A stretch of 64,000 bases of DNA from Lama glama. Taxonomy: Eukaryota. Positions 25,140 to 39,179 of this stretch are shown piece by piece. The stretch is from the NCBI GenBank assembly GCA_028534125.1, contig CM052817.1:47370001-47434000 (forward strand), written 5' to 3'. A program made the position numbers and the translations under genes. Below the pieces are notes generated by a model. The model ran no database searches. It worked only from the letters and a program-made list of their open reading frames with translations, and was not told where the DNA came from. Positions within the stretch are counted from its first letter, which is position 1. Each line of letters starts with the position of its first letter.

Positions 25140-25715
25140 CCAGACTTACTTTTAAAAACAAGTTAATCAGATCATGACCCCCCACCTGTGTATAACCCTC
25201 CCCTCCCAGTGGTCTCCCATTACCACTGGAATAAAATCCAAACTCCTTTCCATGGTCTACAGGCCTTTCATGATCTGGACCTTGGCTGAGACTGACCCCG
25301 AGTCTTGCCACTTTGCCCCGCTTTGGCCTTCTTGTTCTTCCTGGAACTTGCTAAGCTCATTTCTTCCTCTCGCTGCTCCTTCTGCCAGCCACTCCTTCTA
25401 CATGGTTGGCTCCTTTTGATCCTTCAGATCTTTGCTCAAGTATTGCTTCTGCAAAACGGCCTCCCTACACTATCCTTCTCTTAAAACAGTCCTCCCAATA
25501 CTTGGGCTTCCACCTCAGCTCTTCCCAGGACTCGGGCTAATTTTTATTATTGTAATTGTCACTGACTAAGCAATAGTATTCTTTTATTTACTTGTTAATA
25601 TTCTTTCTGCCAACCTGGGTTGTAAATTTCATGAGGATGAGGGCTTTTTCTGTCTCATTTTCCATCATATTCCGAACACCTAGAGAACACTGCTTAAGAG
25701 GATGAATGAATGAAA
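25140..25715 (+). mobile_element. L2 3' portion (second copy)
   Basis: ggaataaaatccaaactccttt ... ends ggatgaatgaatgaa. Confidence 0.8.
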
Positions 25716-27559
25716 TACTTCTCCCACTCCTGTGAGGGTGGCTCATTGTTAACCATGGATACTTGAATCCTCTTTTGGTGACACACATTTTAAATAAATG
25801 CCTGAAACTTCTAGGATGAAGGTTATGAAGTTTGAGCATTAAGTAATGAGACTGCCTTTCCAAATTGGCTCATGGAATTCTGGTACATCACTTTATAGAG
25901 ATTCTTTGTGCACATTCTTGGGAACACAAATCTCTCAAGTGTTCATGATTTGTAATTTTTCTTTTTTTAGTTGTTGCCAAAAGTATTTGACTGAATTAGA
26001 TTGCTGGTTCCTCAAGGAGACTGAATGCCATATTCTCTTTTGTATCCCTAGTGCCTTACCCAGAGTTCAGCACAGAGCAGATGTAGATAGTCCACAAATG
26101 TTCATCAATAGTAATTTTTAAAATTTACATTTAAAAATTTAGAATTTCCTATAAAATATTTTCAGTGTTTTTAGGTTTCAGAACTGAACCTCCCCTCCAC
26201 CATCTCTAAGAAGCTTAACCTTTAAGAAATATTTGGCTACTGACAAACTGTAGAAAAGGAATGAAGGAGGGCTATCCCATACTAAATTTAACTTCTGTCC
26301 ACCAAGCTGGAGTAACAGAGGGGACCTATAATCATTTATTCACCTCCTGTAAACTCCCTATTTGGATGAGGTCGGGGTGGAGGCAGGGAAGGGCTCTGTG
26401 GCCCAGCATCCTTCTTTACTCTTATTTTCTTTCTGATAAAACAGCCAGTGTTCAGTGTGGCTCCCAACGTTTTGGTTTGGGGATTAAAAAAGTGAGCAGC
26501 AGGTAGCTGTGACGCAGGTTTTGCACAGTCACTGAGCTGCACACACCTTAAGCCAACATAACCAGTGAAAGGTGGCAGTGTTTGAACTGAATCTACGCTT
26601 TTTAGATGGGGCAGCACCTTTTCCATAAAAGCACGTTTATACCGACTCCTTAAGAAGTTTAGACTGGAGGGTTGTCTCCAGAAACTTGCCCCCCTTCTGC
26701 CAAGCCCCATTTGTTTGTCTTGGCAGCCTGGCTGTGTCTGCTTGGCTGGTGCTAATGCTGGGATGTGAAATTGATGAAACACAGAGCTCTTGATCCTTTT
26801 CAGTGAGGCTTCTATTTGGTTAATGGCAGGGTACAGTTCTTTGCTGCTAGCCACCTGTAACTGGCCAAGTTAAAAAAAAAATATAGGTGCAGAGATATGG
26901 AAGAGGAAATTTTTCTTTAAAAAAAATCTTACCAACTACTTCAGTTTTTTGTTTGTTTGCCTGTTTTAGTATCCAAAATAGGTTTAAAAACACTGAAAAA
27001 GACAATAAGAAAAAATATCACCTAAGTCCCAGTACTTTCTTTGGACAGAAGCAGTGGAGAATGGATACTCTTGTTGGGAGAGGCATGGAGAATGGAGACT
27101 CTTGTAATGTAGTTAGGGATTTGGGGACCTGTGGGAAGATATTTCATTACCATAATTAACCTTGCTCTTCATCATGACTTTTGTCTTACCCTTTCTTTGG
27201 TCTAGATAGGACTGTGTTTTTCTTCAGATGATCGCAATATGTGATTCTACTTGGCAAAAATAGTCAAGCATAGGTAAGCTGACCAAAATATGAAGAGGTT
27301 TGACTTTTTGAGAATTTGGGCATTTCACAGCCAGGGACCAACTGTCCCTGTGTGAAATGCACCCATGTTGGTACGGTGCGCTTGGGATCAGGCCAGCATT
27401 GGCCTTCATGGCTATTCCTTGTTCCGGAAGGCTTGGGCCGTGACTAGACTTTTCAGGACTGACAGCACAGAAGGGAAACGAGTCTAAGTCATCCCTCTGG
27501 TTTCAGTTTCTCCAGAGGGATTTGAACCAGTGCTGACGTTGTTACAGGTGTTGATAGTT

Positions 27560-27872
27560 CCCGAAGGTTGGGGACTTCATCACTCCCTCACTCAATTCAG
27601 GCTTCTGCTCCAACCTCCCACCTCTCAGAAGAGTCAAAACAGCAAGCCCCCTCCCCAGGCGCTGTTTAACCGCTTCCTTGCTGTATGTTTTCGCAGCAGT
27701 TACCATGATCTGAAATGACACATTTTTTAAAAATGTTGTATCTCAACTGCAGCGTGAGTTCTCTGAGGGGAGGGATTATTTTCTTACTCACTGCTTAACC
27801 CTCAGTGCTCAGAACAGAATCCAGCGTATAGTAAGTGCATGATAAACGTGTGTTGAATGACTGAATAAATAA
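27560..27872 (+). mobile_element. L2 3' end
   Basis: Ends gtaagtgcatgataaacgtgtgttgaatgactgaataaat. Confidence 0.75.
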
Positions 27873-29779
27873 GAAAAGGAAAGGAGCAGTGAAGGATGGA
27901 GTACAGGAAGGAGCGAATGACTGTTTCCCAGATAAAATCATTCAATATGTCTCAAGTTCAACCAGGACAGGCAAGTCTGCCAATCTTGCGCATGGGAAAC
28001 GTTTATGAGTACTTTTAATAAAACTTTGTGTGAAAACTGAATTGCATGTAGCAAACATATCATTTAGCCCAAGTAAATGAAATTATTAAGTCAGCCAAAG
28101 ATCAGGGAATATGAAAACATTTCTTTGTATGGTTGAACTGAAGGATTGAGCAGAGAAATCAAATTTGTTTGAATAAAGGTGTTAAAAGAGTGTGAGTTTG
28201 GAACTTTTTCCATTGGTCCTAAGAGTACATTTAAAATTCACTTGCTTACAAGACCCTCTCTCTTAAAAGGAGTAGGTTTGTCAATTTTGGAATCTCTATT
28301 ATTTGCGTGGATGCATTCTCTGAGTATACCAGCTTTTATGGTGGTGCTATAGCACACGTTGGCACAAACAGATGGAATTGACAGAAGAAAATATCTCCCG
28401 TCCACTAGAGAAAAATGTTTAAAGGGGATGTTTGATGCATAACAGATGGCATGAGAAGTAGCCTGTCAAATTAAGATTGGTGATAATGAATTAGTGAGCA
28501 CCCTATAATTAACTTAATTAACTTCCAGTTAATCATGATTGTATTTCTTACCACTGTATGTCCAATTTCTATCTGATTCAAATCATTGTATTTCATCTTT
28601 TCTATTTCATATTTTTATATACTTTTACCATGCAGATTTATCTGTTTTGTTTTACTGTTTCCTAATGGGTGTTTTGTATTTCGTCAGATTGATGTCTTTG
28701 AGTTGAGACTGTATGGAGAGCAAGGTTATCGTGTGTTAGCCATGTGCCTGGCATGTAGAATACGTTCGATTTGTGGTTGTTGATTTTAATTGAATATTCC
28801 AAATGTATTTAGCCTTTGCTTTATGACAGGACATTTTGCTTCTTTCTGGTTATTGATAGCATAGGTAATGATGTGGTGACTACCTGAGTGCCTGTGGCTT
28901 CATGATTCTTTTAACTTACGGTCTTATAATGAATTCCAACAGGGAGATTCTCAGTCAAAGGTTGTGAATATTTTTGTATCTCTTGACTGTGAATGGTGAC
29001 ATCATTTTACAATGATACTTCCAAAGTTTGAATATTTCTTTGGTCTTATAAATAAGGTTTTTTTGTTTGTTTGTTTGTTTTATCTTATCTAGCATTTGTT
29101 GTGGCTTTTCTTCTTTCTGACACTTTATAGCTAAAAGTATTCTCCAAATTTAGATATAGGTAACAACTTATTTAAATTTTCCTTTTAATTCTAAGCTTTT
29201 TTTGGTGTGGTTATAGCATGTTTATGGCTTTTATTAATATATGATTTTGTTATAAAATATGCATCTCAATTTTTCAAGAAATGGATAGATCTTTGAGCTT
29301 GGACACTTATTAATTATTGTTGCTAGCTTAATTTTTAAATCTTTTTTCATGTGGGGTCTTTAAAGTGTTGGCATTCCTAAAGTTCTTTTTCCTTCCTCTC
29401 TCTCAGTTTTTTGAAATGCTAGTGGCTTCTGAAGTTTTTTCAAATTGTTAACACACATCTTTATATGACCTGTGGTACAAAATAATCATTCCTTCCTCAG
29501 CTTGGTTACTCTGTAGAGGAGCAAGATAAACTGGAAAACCCATCTTGAGCGGCTCCAATAAACAAGAAAAGAAATCTGTGACTATTTAAGATAACCATAT
29601 CTGGTTAAAAATTAGCTAATGACCATTTTTTTTTAAAGGAGATACTCTCAATAGTTAACTTTTTGTTTTTTGATTCTGTTTAAAAGTTTGGAATACTAAA
29701 TTCTACCCCTTTATGCTAATAGTGTTGTTACTGATACTAAGATGATAGCTGTTAGTAATAGTATAATTTGAGATTTGTA

Positions 29780-29960
29780 CACATGCAGGACACTGGATTT
29801 CCTGTGCATTTTCTCATTTAATCCTATTATTATCCTCCTTTCACAGATGATGAAACTGAGGCTTTGAGAAGTTAGCAGAAACTTTTCCTAGAGGTCAACA
29901 TAATGTTCAGAATTGGGTCTGTCCAGTGTTAAAATACTGTACTTTTAACTGTGATGCTGT
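29780..29960 (-). mobile_element. MIR SINE
   Basis: ctcatttaatcct...tttcacagatgatgaaactgaggct, MIR core in reverse. Confidence 0.75.
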
Positions 29961-30919
29961 GCTGCATACACTGGTTTTCATAATTTGCATTTATCCCTAA
30001 GTATTTCTTTTTAGAAGTATTTCTGATTGTGTGGATTTGTATGACCATCATAGAGTCAAAATATTAAGTAAATACATTTAAATTTTTATCCAGAATATTC
30101 TTGATGACCAGATGTTGATATACACTGGGAAAGCCATCGTCCAGTCTCTCTGCACAGTTCCTAGTTCTCTCTAAGCTCTACCCCCTAGTTTCAGTCTTTT
30201 CCCTAATCCTAGGCTTTCCCCTTAAACAGAGTCCTCATCCTTCACCAAACTCCAAAGTTAATCAAAATAAAATTGATTCTGATCTTGAACATTTCTAATA
30301 CATTCGCTATCTAATAGTAGTTTTTACATTTAATGGTTTGCAGTGTGTAAAACACCTCTGAAAAGGCAAAAGGACTTTGTGTGTACAAAGCTGTATTTCA
30401 TTAGCATTTTTCATTAATATTTCCTATGTTCTGCCAGTTTTTGGCAACCAATGCCCTATGGGCAATAAATAAACTGAGCTTGATAACATTGCGTCATTTG
30501 TGGTCACCAGTTTCCAATAGAATATTTAAGTGTTCTCTCAAGGTCCTTGTTACATTCAGCCCTGCTCTTACTGAAAATGGCACATATCAAGCAGAAACCC
30601 TTTCTGGTGTCTGGAGTTAGTCACTAAATACCTATTTGAAATCATGATCATTATTTAATTTAGAAGTTCTTAAACAGGGGACCACGTAGAGGGCTTCAGG
30701 ATATCTTAGAAGAGCCTGAAGTGTGGGAAAAAAATGTGTCACAGGACTATCTTAAAGAAAATTTCTGAGTTTTCATTATTCATTCAGTTACTCATTGAAT
30801 CATCATTCACTCAAATTCCACAAAAGAAAACTAGACTTGAGAAAGTTATAAAACCTTCACATTGTCAGACTGTCATCTGCATTTATTTAACCACTTATAT
30901 TTCAATACCAGACCTTTTA

Positions 30920-31265
30920 TTTATTTTTTTATTTTTTAACATTTTTTATTGAGTTATAGTCGTTTTACAATGTTGTGTCAAATTCCAGTTTAGTGCACAG
31001 TTCTTCAGTTATACACAAACGTACATATATTCATTGTCGCATTTTTTTTTCTCTGTGAGCTACCACAAGATCTTGTATGTATCTCCCTGTGCTATACAGT
31101 ATAATCTTGTTTATCTATTCTGCATATGCCTGTCAGTATCTACAAATTTTGAACCCCTAGTCTATCCCTTCCCATCCCCCTTGGCAACCACAAGTTTGTA
31201 TTCTATGTCTATGAGTCTGTTTCTGTTTTGTATGTATGTATGTATGTATGTATGTATGTATGTAT

Positions 31266-31296
<31 letters not shown>

Positions 31297-31614
31297 TTTG
31301 ATTCCACATGTGAGTGATCTCATACAGTATTTTTCTTTCTCTCTGGCTTACTTCACTTAGAATGACATTCTCCAGGGACATCCATGTTGCTGCAAATGGC
31401 GTTGTGTTGTCATTTTATGTCTGAATAGTATTCCATTGTATAAACATACCACTTCTTCTTTATCCAGTCATCTATTGATGGACATTTAGGCTGTTTCCGT
31501 GTCTTGGTTATTGTAAATAGTGCTGCTATGAACATTGGGGTGCAGGTGTCTTTTTGAAGTAGGCTTCCTTCTGGATATAAGCCCAGGAGCAGGATTACTG
31601 GGTCATATGAACAG
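30920..31614 (-). mobile_element. Young L1 3' end (~0.7 kb) with 11-bp TSD
   Basis: T-rich tail, L1 3'UTR and ORF2-end motifs (ccatgttgctgcaaatggc, aaatagtgctgctatgaacattgg); cagacctttta at 30909-30919 and 31615-31625. Confidence 0.92.
31230..31299. repeat. Compound (TATG)n(TATT)n microsatellite inside L1
   Basis: Seen directly. Confidence 0.95.
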
Positions 31615-33639
31615 CAGACCTTTTAAATAACCTATTTTGACCATCTTTTCTGTTCCTATTTTTTGATCAAGTTTCTTATGCTGAATGCTAGGCTTTTTTT
31701 TGTTGTTGTTGTCTGCTGCTCTCTTTGTTTTTAAGGCAAAGAGGGTGTGGGCATTTGGTCCATGTTTTTAATTAATGTCATGATCAGTTTGTCTCTAGTT
31801 GTATAAGTGGCCATATTTTAGGGACAGGGAAGAAAAGGGGCAGGGGTGGGGGGTAGACTGACTATAACTTGGAGACTGTGGACCTCTGGGATGATTGGCT
31901 GATCTGAGCTTGGATATTTGAAACCTGTTATTTCAGTGATGTATACAGTATACTCTAATAGTCTTAAACACAGCCCCAGGGTTCCCTCTTCTCTCCTGAT
32001 GGTAAGAAAATGAATTAATCAGTTTCTTTTCTCCTCATCATCACGAGGGCCACTACCTCCACCTCCAGATATTGCCAGCCATTGACTCGCTCGATTAAAG
32101 TCCTGCTCTCATGTCAATTAGGACAGACTTTAGTCCCAGAAGTGAAAAAGGAAGCAGTCACTCAGTGCCAGGGACCCCCTGTCATCTGTGGTTCCTCACT
32201 CTTCACTTTGTATCCTCCCTCCCTAAGGTAAATTACTGCCTTTCTTATAATTGTCTAGTAAGTTTATTTCGTGCATGAAAAAGCAGACAGAGGGTATGAA
32301 AGGAAGACATGGAGTGTGCTGTAGAGTTTAAGGATAAATGTTGGTTTGAATCAGTCTTTCATGATTCTAAGAGAAGACAGTATTTTGTTACAGTTAACTG
32401 CTGAGGGATCTGTGTATCCTAGACCTGCCACGGGTTAGCTGTGTCATCTTTACAACTCAGGGTGAGATGGACTTGTAGTGTGCTACAGGCTAGGGGTAAA
32501 GCTCGCAGCCTGCTCAGCACACAGGGAGTCCTCACTAAATATTTGTTTATTGGTGACTTGAAGGCATTGTTTGAAATTTCCCAGTTTTAGTGATTTATCT
32601 AGGAACTACTACATTCCATTTAAAATAAGACAACGACTTCTATTTAAAGTAAAATATCCAACAATCTATATTAACTAATTCCAGAAGCATGTAATAGCTA
32701 ATCTGGAAGTGACTCTTATTCCTCTGCCTGCCTAGCTACCAGATCACTGAACATTCCAAACCTATTCAAAATAAAATTGTGTTCCCTTAAATTGCAAATG
32801 AATTACAGTGTTATTACTGTTGTGTGAGCATTTAATGATTTTCAGCTTGTAAAAGTAAGTGATTTATCTCTAATGTTTGCTGTGTTCTGCCAGTTTCTTG
32901 TAAGTGATGCCTATCGACAATGAGCAAGCAGAACCCCATAAAATTCACTCACTACTGGGGTACATTTTCGGTTACTAAAAAGAGCTCTCTTTATTTATTA
33001 ATTTTTGATTTTCTTTATCAATGTAGCACATCTTGATTTCATTTAGCATTTAGAAATGCTAAAATAATTTTAAACATAATTTTAAACATAAAAAATTACA
33101 TCCCTACAACTCAAAGGTCTATATTATTTAAATTTTGAGTAATGTCCTTCCATGATTATTTCTGCAAATTTAAAACTGTTCTCTCGCAAGAAATGCCATT
33201 TTGAATCCATTCACTTTAGTATATTTCTGCTGGATTTTCTTCTGTCTTTTGATCCTTTTGTAATTCCTCTCTGTGGTCTTGGAGCACTACACAGGGAGGG
33301 CTCTGTTTAAAAACAAAACAAGTGAAGATGCAAATATACACAAATAAATAAGGAACCCACAATACAAGAGGAGCCCACCATTCTAAGCAGCATGGTATGT
33401 GGAAAATGTACAATATCCCCAAACGGTGGCCTCGCATGGAAGGTAGGGATCACGTGGATGTGACCGCTGGTAAGGCTCAGTGGATGCCTTTGTAAATGAA
33501 TTATCAGCATTTTCAGTAGGTCTAAGTACTTTAAAAAATCACTTAGAAATTATTTTAAATGTGTTTGTCTTTGACTCTAGGATATAGCGGATATCTAAAC
33601 AGCTCACTAAGGACATTGCTGGTGGAGGGCATACAAATG

Positions 33640-34330
33640 CCAGGGGTGGATTCAGGTTTCGTGGGATCTGAAACCTGCATAAAATTAGGTACAATATTGA
33701 CTATTTATTTGGCATGAGAAAAAAAATCCCTAAAATTACAAACTTGCTAAAGCTGACCAATATTACTATCATCTCAAGATCCAGAAGAAGCATAATGTTT
33801 TTTATTAAGTGATTGTTGGCATATTTCTGTGTTTTTTTTTCCTACTTTTTTTTTTTGGCTCCCATCCTTTAATCTCCTCTTTATCACTGATTTTGCAATA
33901 TCATTTTTTTGTAGAGAATATGGAAAGTTAAGTCATGTTTTTCCTTTAGGGTGATGGGTCAGAATTAGTATTTTATTAATGATAACTGAGATGCAAACAA
34001 CACATGCCTATTACAGATAATAAAGATGACGTGTCATCTCTATTGTTTATAGTACTGCTACTGGATTGTGCCTTACAAACAAAGGAGTTCTGATAAATTC
34101 AATCTTATGCATTTCCCATTAAAAAAGGAAAAAAATCAGCACAGATAGAGTGCTCATAATTACATATGTTGAATTATCAAATATATTTCTGACAAGGGTG
34201 AATTTCCATTTTGAGCAGGCACTGACGAAAATCAGTTCCTTTGCAGTTTTGCGTATCTGAGGACTGGGAGAATTTTCTGCAGTCCAGATTCTGGCTTCAT
34301 ACATTTCATACCCTGTTTCTTCTCCACTAA
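33640..34330. mobile_element. hAT-Tip100 (ORSL-like) DNA transposon remnant
   Basis: Begins caggggtggattcaggtttcgtgggatctgaa; colinear similarity to 40300-40700; family name from memory. Confidence 0.55.
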
Positions 34331-34499
34331 TTATACACTTCCAGGCCGTGCACTTTTTCTGCTTCTATCTTTGTTTCATCCTCATAGTGCAATTAATATC
34401 CCTTTTCTGGTCTTCTTCAATCTATTACATTTTATTAAGGTAATTTTTCAACTAATGTGGTATTATCTAGGACAAAGCCTACTAACTGATAAGAATGAT

Positions 34500-34705
34500 A
34501 GTAATTGCTAATAAGTGTCAAGCACTGTGTGTCAGGCTTGTGCCAAGTTGCTGTGCCATCAATCCTTGAAGCAACTCTCTGGAGTGATTGCTGTACTGAT
34601 CCCAATTTTACAGATGAGAAAACTGAACTTGGAGTTTCTGTTCAGGTCTGCCAGACTCCCAAGCTTGCAACTCACTTATAATGGGATAGGTTTGAATCCA
34701 AACAT
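34500..34705 (-). mobile_element. MIR SINE
   Basis: cccaattttacagatgagaaaactgaa, MIR core in reverse. Confidence 0.8.
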
Positions 34706-35504
34706 GACCCTATGTTTTTATTAATATGAATATAGTAATATAATATTAATAATATAATTACACTAGTTCAAACTATATATATTCTAATCACAATTCCCCA
34801 TATCTTTGGATTTTCTTAATTTAGTGGTTCTAGCCCTTCCAACAACAAATCATTTTATAGTAAGTTATCTATAAAACCAAAAATGTTTATGTCAGATGGA
34901 ATTATTAGAGTAAACTTTTCAGAATTCTATGCAATAATGTATTATTTTGTAAGCAGAAAAGATCCAATACTTAATTCAAAAAATTAGTACCATAAAATAA
35001 AATAACCAGTCCTTATGAGTTGAAATACAGAATTTACTTATTTCATTAATATTTTTCATTCAAATTGCTTTTAGTCTTTGTGAATGGAAGTAAAATGTTA
35101 ATGCTCCTCATCTTTGTTTTAAAGTTTCAGAAGTGTGTGTTCCCACATATTCCCACCAAATTGGCAAAGTTAATACAGCCTTAAAGTCAAAATCTATCCA
35201 GTTCTTCCTTTTCTCACTGTAGAATGAGAAGTTTGGTATTTTTGGAGGCAGAGAGTTTCTCTTTTAACTCCTGGTGCTTTACTTAAAGTTAACTATCATG
35301 ACAACCATTCCTACTGAGTTTGCACTCTGGTCCTTGTTTTAACACACTTTTCTCACAAGCAAAGGGAAAGAAAAATCAACAAGTACCAGTCTTAAGGATG
35401 GCCATTGTGTACTGGGACCACACCACTTTGTATTTGTGTTACTTCATTGTTCTCCAAAGGGTTATTATCTAACCGAACAGATTTATCTCATTTAAAATGT
35501 TTAT

Positions 35505-35690
35505 TAGAGGTATTAATATGCAGGGATTCTGGAGCCAGATGCTTGAATTTGAATCCCACCTCTACCACGTATGAGCAGTGTTTACCTTTAAGTGATTTAG
35601 CCTTTTTGTGCCTCAGTTTCCTAATCTATGCAACACGGATGATTGGAACCCCGAGCACTACACACTAAACTCTCTTAGCTGTTATTTTTA
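35505..35690 (+). mobile_element. MIR SINE
   Basis: tctggagccagatgcttgaatttgaatcccacctctaccac...gtgcctcagtttcctaatct. Confidence 0.85.
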
Positions 35691-35869
35691 ACAGCAGGCA
35701 GGCTCTGTAGTTACAAGGAGGAATAACTCTAGATGTATTAGGACTGGTTCTCTGCAACTATTTCTACTACCAACAGGCATGAGGTTTTAAATGGTATTAT
35801 CAAAGATTCATCAGGAACCTCCTAATAAATCCAGATTCCCCTCAGAGGGGTGATAAGTCATCATTTCCA

Positions 35870-36290
35870 CATTTTTGAGGTGTAATTAACATATAACATG
35901 ATATTCGTTCCAGGTGTACAACATAATGGTTCCATATTTGTATATCTTGTGAAATGATCTGTACTGTACTTGGTTAATAGATTTTGTTTTTCTTATGATA
36001 AGATCTACTCTCTCAGCAACTTCCAAATGTGCAATACAGCATTAGTAATTATAGTTACCATGCTGTATGTCACTTCCCTGTGACTTACTTTATAAATGAA
36101 AGTTTTTATTTTATTTTTATATGGAAAAGTTTTTTTTTAAATGGAAAAGTTTTTATTTTTATTTTCACATGGAAGTTTGTACTTTCTGAGCCCCTTCACC
36201 CATTCGCCCACCCTTCATCTTCTGCCTCTGGCAACCACCAATCAGATTCCACATACAATTGAGATCATATGGTGGTATCTTTCTTTTCTC
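35870..36290 (-). mobile_element. L1MA-like 3'UTR fragment
   Basis: aagatctactctctcagcaacttccaaatgtgcaatacagcattag and cctctggcaaccaccaatc are L1MA-type 3'UTR motifs. Confidence 0.75.
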
Positions 36291-38219
36291 TGTGTGGTGG
36301 TTTTTTGGGGGGGGTTTTGTTCATTTGTTTGTTTGTTTTTTAGAATGTTAGTGGGTGGTGAGAAAAATGAAATGTAATAAAATAAAGCAAAGGTTTGTGG
36401 TCAAATACATTTAGGGAGCATTTGGTTAAGCACTCTGGCTTGTTTTACAGTAGGACTCTTCAGATCTTTTGATACACAAATATAATAACAAACTTCTAAG
36501 TAGAGTCAAAGTACAGAGCAATGGCTGCAGGGGGATTTCTCACTTCCCCAGCCACTCCTCGACCTTCTTTAAAGACCATTCCTCATGTTTATTTTTCTTT
36601 GAGGCCAGACTCTGTTATACCCCTTAGGAGATTATCAGCTTAAATGTAGTAGAACAACATTTGACAATTCAACATGGCAGACAGTTGCAACCAAGATTGT
36701 GGTTTCAGGCTGAGGGAGAGGCTGTGAAGGAGGTGGTGATGGGAGGTACCAAAGGCAAGGGAACCTGAGTCGCTCGGTAGGAGTGAATGGCTAAGACCAT
36801 CAACACTGCAGAGACCCCTTCCACCCGTGCGTAAAATTGGCTCGTCTGCATTTGTATTATGGGACCTGTAGGGATGCAGACCAGTGCTGAATTTGATTTA
36901 ATAAGAAACTTGGTTGAAAATAGGAGCCTGGTTGCTCAGGCAGTTTCAAAAGGAGGGTCTTACTGGCTGGTGGACTCATGTGCTAATGTGCTGTTCCCTA
37001 GCCTGATACGGCAGCTTGAGAAACAGTTTCACTGGGAAGCAATTTGAAATGTGAAATATCCAGGTCCTAACTTGTGCTTCCTCAAGGTAATTAGGACAGT
37101 TTTGTTTATGAGGAAAAAAAGTTCATTGACTGGTAAACATACTATGACTATATTTATTTAATTATGGTATGTTATGTTACATTATGTTCTATTGATTATA
37201 TTAATACAGCAAATGTATTATACATACATATATTATAAAATGACTCTTGTTATAGTTGACACTTTGCAGATGATAAAGTTATATAGCTAGCCAATACTTT
37301 TTAAGATTTCCAAGCACAACAGCTTTTATTTTTGCAGTTTCTGTTTTTATAAATGTGATTCCATGAATAAAAGGAAAAACAACTCTAAAAATATTTTTTA
37401 CTGTTTAAAACCTCCAATAATGATCCATTTACATATGAGCATAATTGGTGGATTATATATTTCCTTCAACATACATCATTTACTTCTGAAAAATATGTTC
37501 AGAAATATATATTGAGTTTTGCTTTTGGTTTCATTATTTTGAAATTTTGAAAAGTATTTGGAGCCAGTTAGTGTAACAAACTTTTTTCCCCCGGTATCAT
37601 CAGGTTCATGCTATTTCTGCATTGGAAGTTACAAACTTCTGGATCTGAAAAATGTTCAATTTACATCATAAAATAGCATTGGCCTTATTTCTAAATATAC
37701 TGGCATTAGAACAGAGCTAGCTTTTCCACACCTCTTTTAAATATTTGGTTTCATATATTTTCTTTTGATTGCCAATCTAGTATATTCATGGTTTGCTACC
37801 ATTTTGGAACCTACAAGTAAGAAATGACCTCAGACATTATTGAGAAATCAGTGTCATTCTTTTCCCATTATCGACTGTTTTGTTTTTTGTTTTGCTTTTT
37901 TTTTTTTTGGCTGACATCTGTTCTGAGCAGCTCAGATTCATTTTAGCCAGGAGGCAGTCACTTTGTGCTAAATGTTATTTGACCTTCAAGAATCCATAGA
38001 TCCAGCCAGGATTGGGTCAGACTTGATCCTTTCCAGTTTTAGATACCTGGCCAACTTCTTCGGCCAGAATTCAGCTTTGACACTCCTAAAGGTCTGCAGA
38101 TGATTTCATGAAAAGGTATGCTGTCCTTCCACTTGTCTGCAGTCTGTCTCTTTAGTGCAAATAATGGAAATTGTGTGTTAGTGCTATTTTCTTTTGGAAC
38201 ATCTTATCAGATGGCAGTT

Positions 38220-38402
38220 TCTTTCTTTCTGCTTTACTTTCTACCTTCCTCCCTCCCTTCCTTCCTTCCTTGCTTTCTTTCTCTTTCTCCCTCTTTCTCT
38301 GTTCACTTCCTCCCTCTCTTCCCTTTTCCCCTCTTCCTCTTTATTTCTCTCTCCCCTCTGCCCCCAACACATTCCTTCTCCTATTCCTCCTATTCTTTTT
38401 CT
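38220..38402. repeat. CT-rich low-complexity polypyrimidine tract
   Basis: Almost purely C/T on +; explains the four overlapping ORF calls here. Confidence 0.9.
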
Positions 38403-39179
38403 GAGGGTAGTGAGGGATGGAAACATTCATACACTGTTTTTGTCTATCTGATCCCTCCTGCTGGTGCTTTTATGAAGGTCCTTCTAGCAAGGCAGGTGAG
38501 AGAGATTGTCATGATTGCACCAGCCACCAGCTGGAATGGACCAGTATTGCTGATTGAGAAGAACTTCATGGAGACTGCATCTTTGCAGGAGTAGAACCTT
38601 TGTCACAGATTAGGTTCACCGTAGACATTCTCAGATGTCATAATCATGGCAGGCCTTATGTGTATTTGTGGCATTGGCACCACTGAAAGTCTAGGAAAAA
38701 ATTCTCTAGGACAAACCAGTTGCTACCTCTACACAGGCAGGGTGAAGCACTGTGTTGTAGAAGACTTCTGCATAGAACAGTTATTTGGAAATAGTCACAG
38801 GATGGATTAAATGTAGATTTTTGTAGTTTTGATTCCTCTTACACAGACGCATAAACAAGTCTTGCCTGAAAAACTAAATGAGATGTCTTTTTCTAGGGCA
38901 GGAGTGCCTTACATGCTTTTCCTTAGTGCCGAAGCCCAGTCACGTGGCCCCTGCAGCATATTTGTGATCACAAAAGCTGGTTACATCATTCAGTGCCTCT
39001 GTGAAGTATAAAAATATGGTTCCAAGCAGTGATCATATAAAGAAAAATGTAGTATCGGCTTTGTCTACCCCTTTTCCAAAACAAACAATATAATATAACC
39101 CTTGAGACAGATTTGGAATCATGGACACCAAGATTATTAGTGTCATTTTTCAGAGCAGTGTATTGAGGGCTTAAGAGGG

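Noticed and set aside
38118..38594. Overlapping hydrophobic-looking ORFs
   Set aside because: Caused by the CT-rich low-complexity tract lacking stop codons
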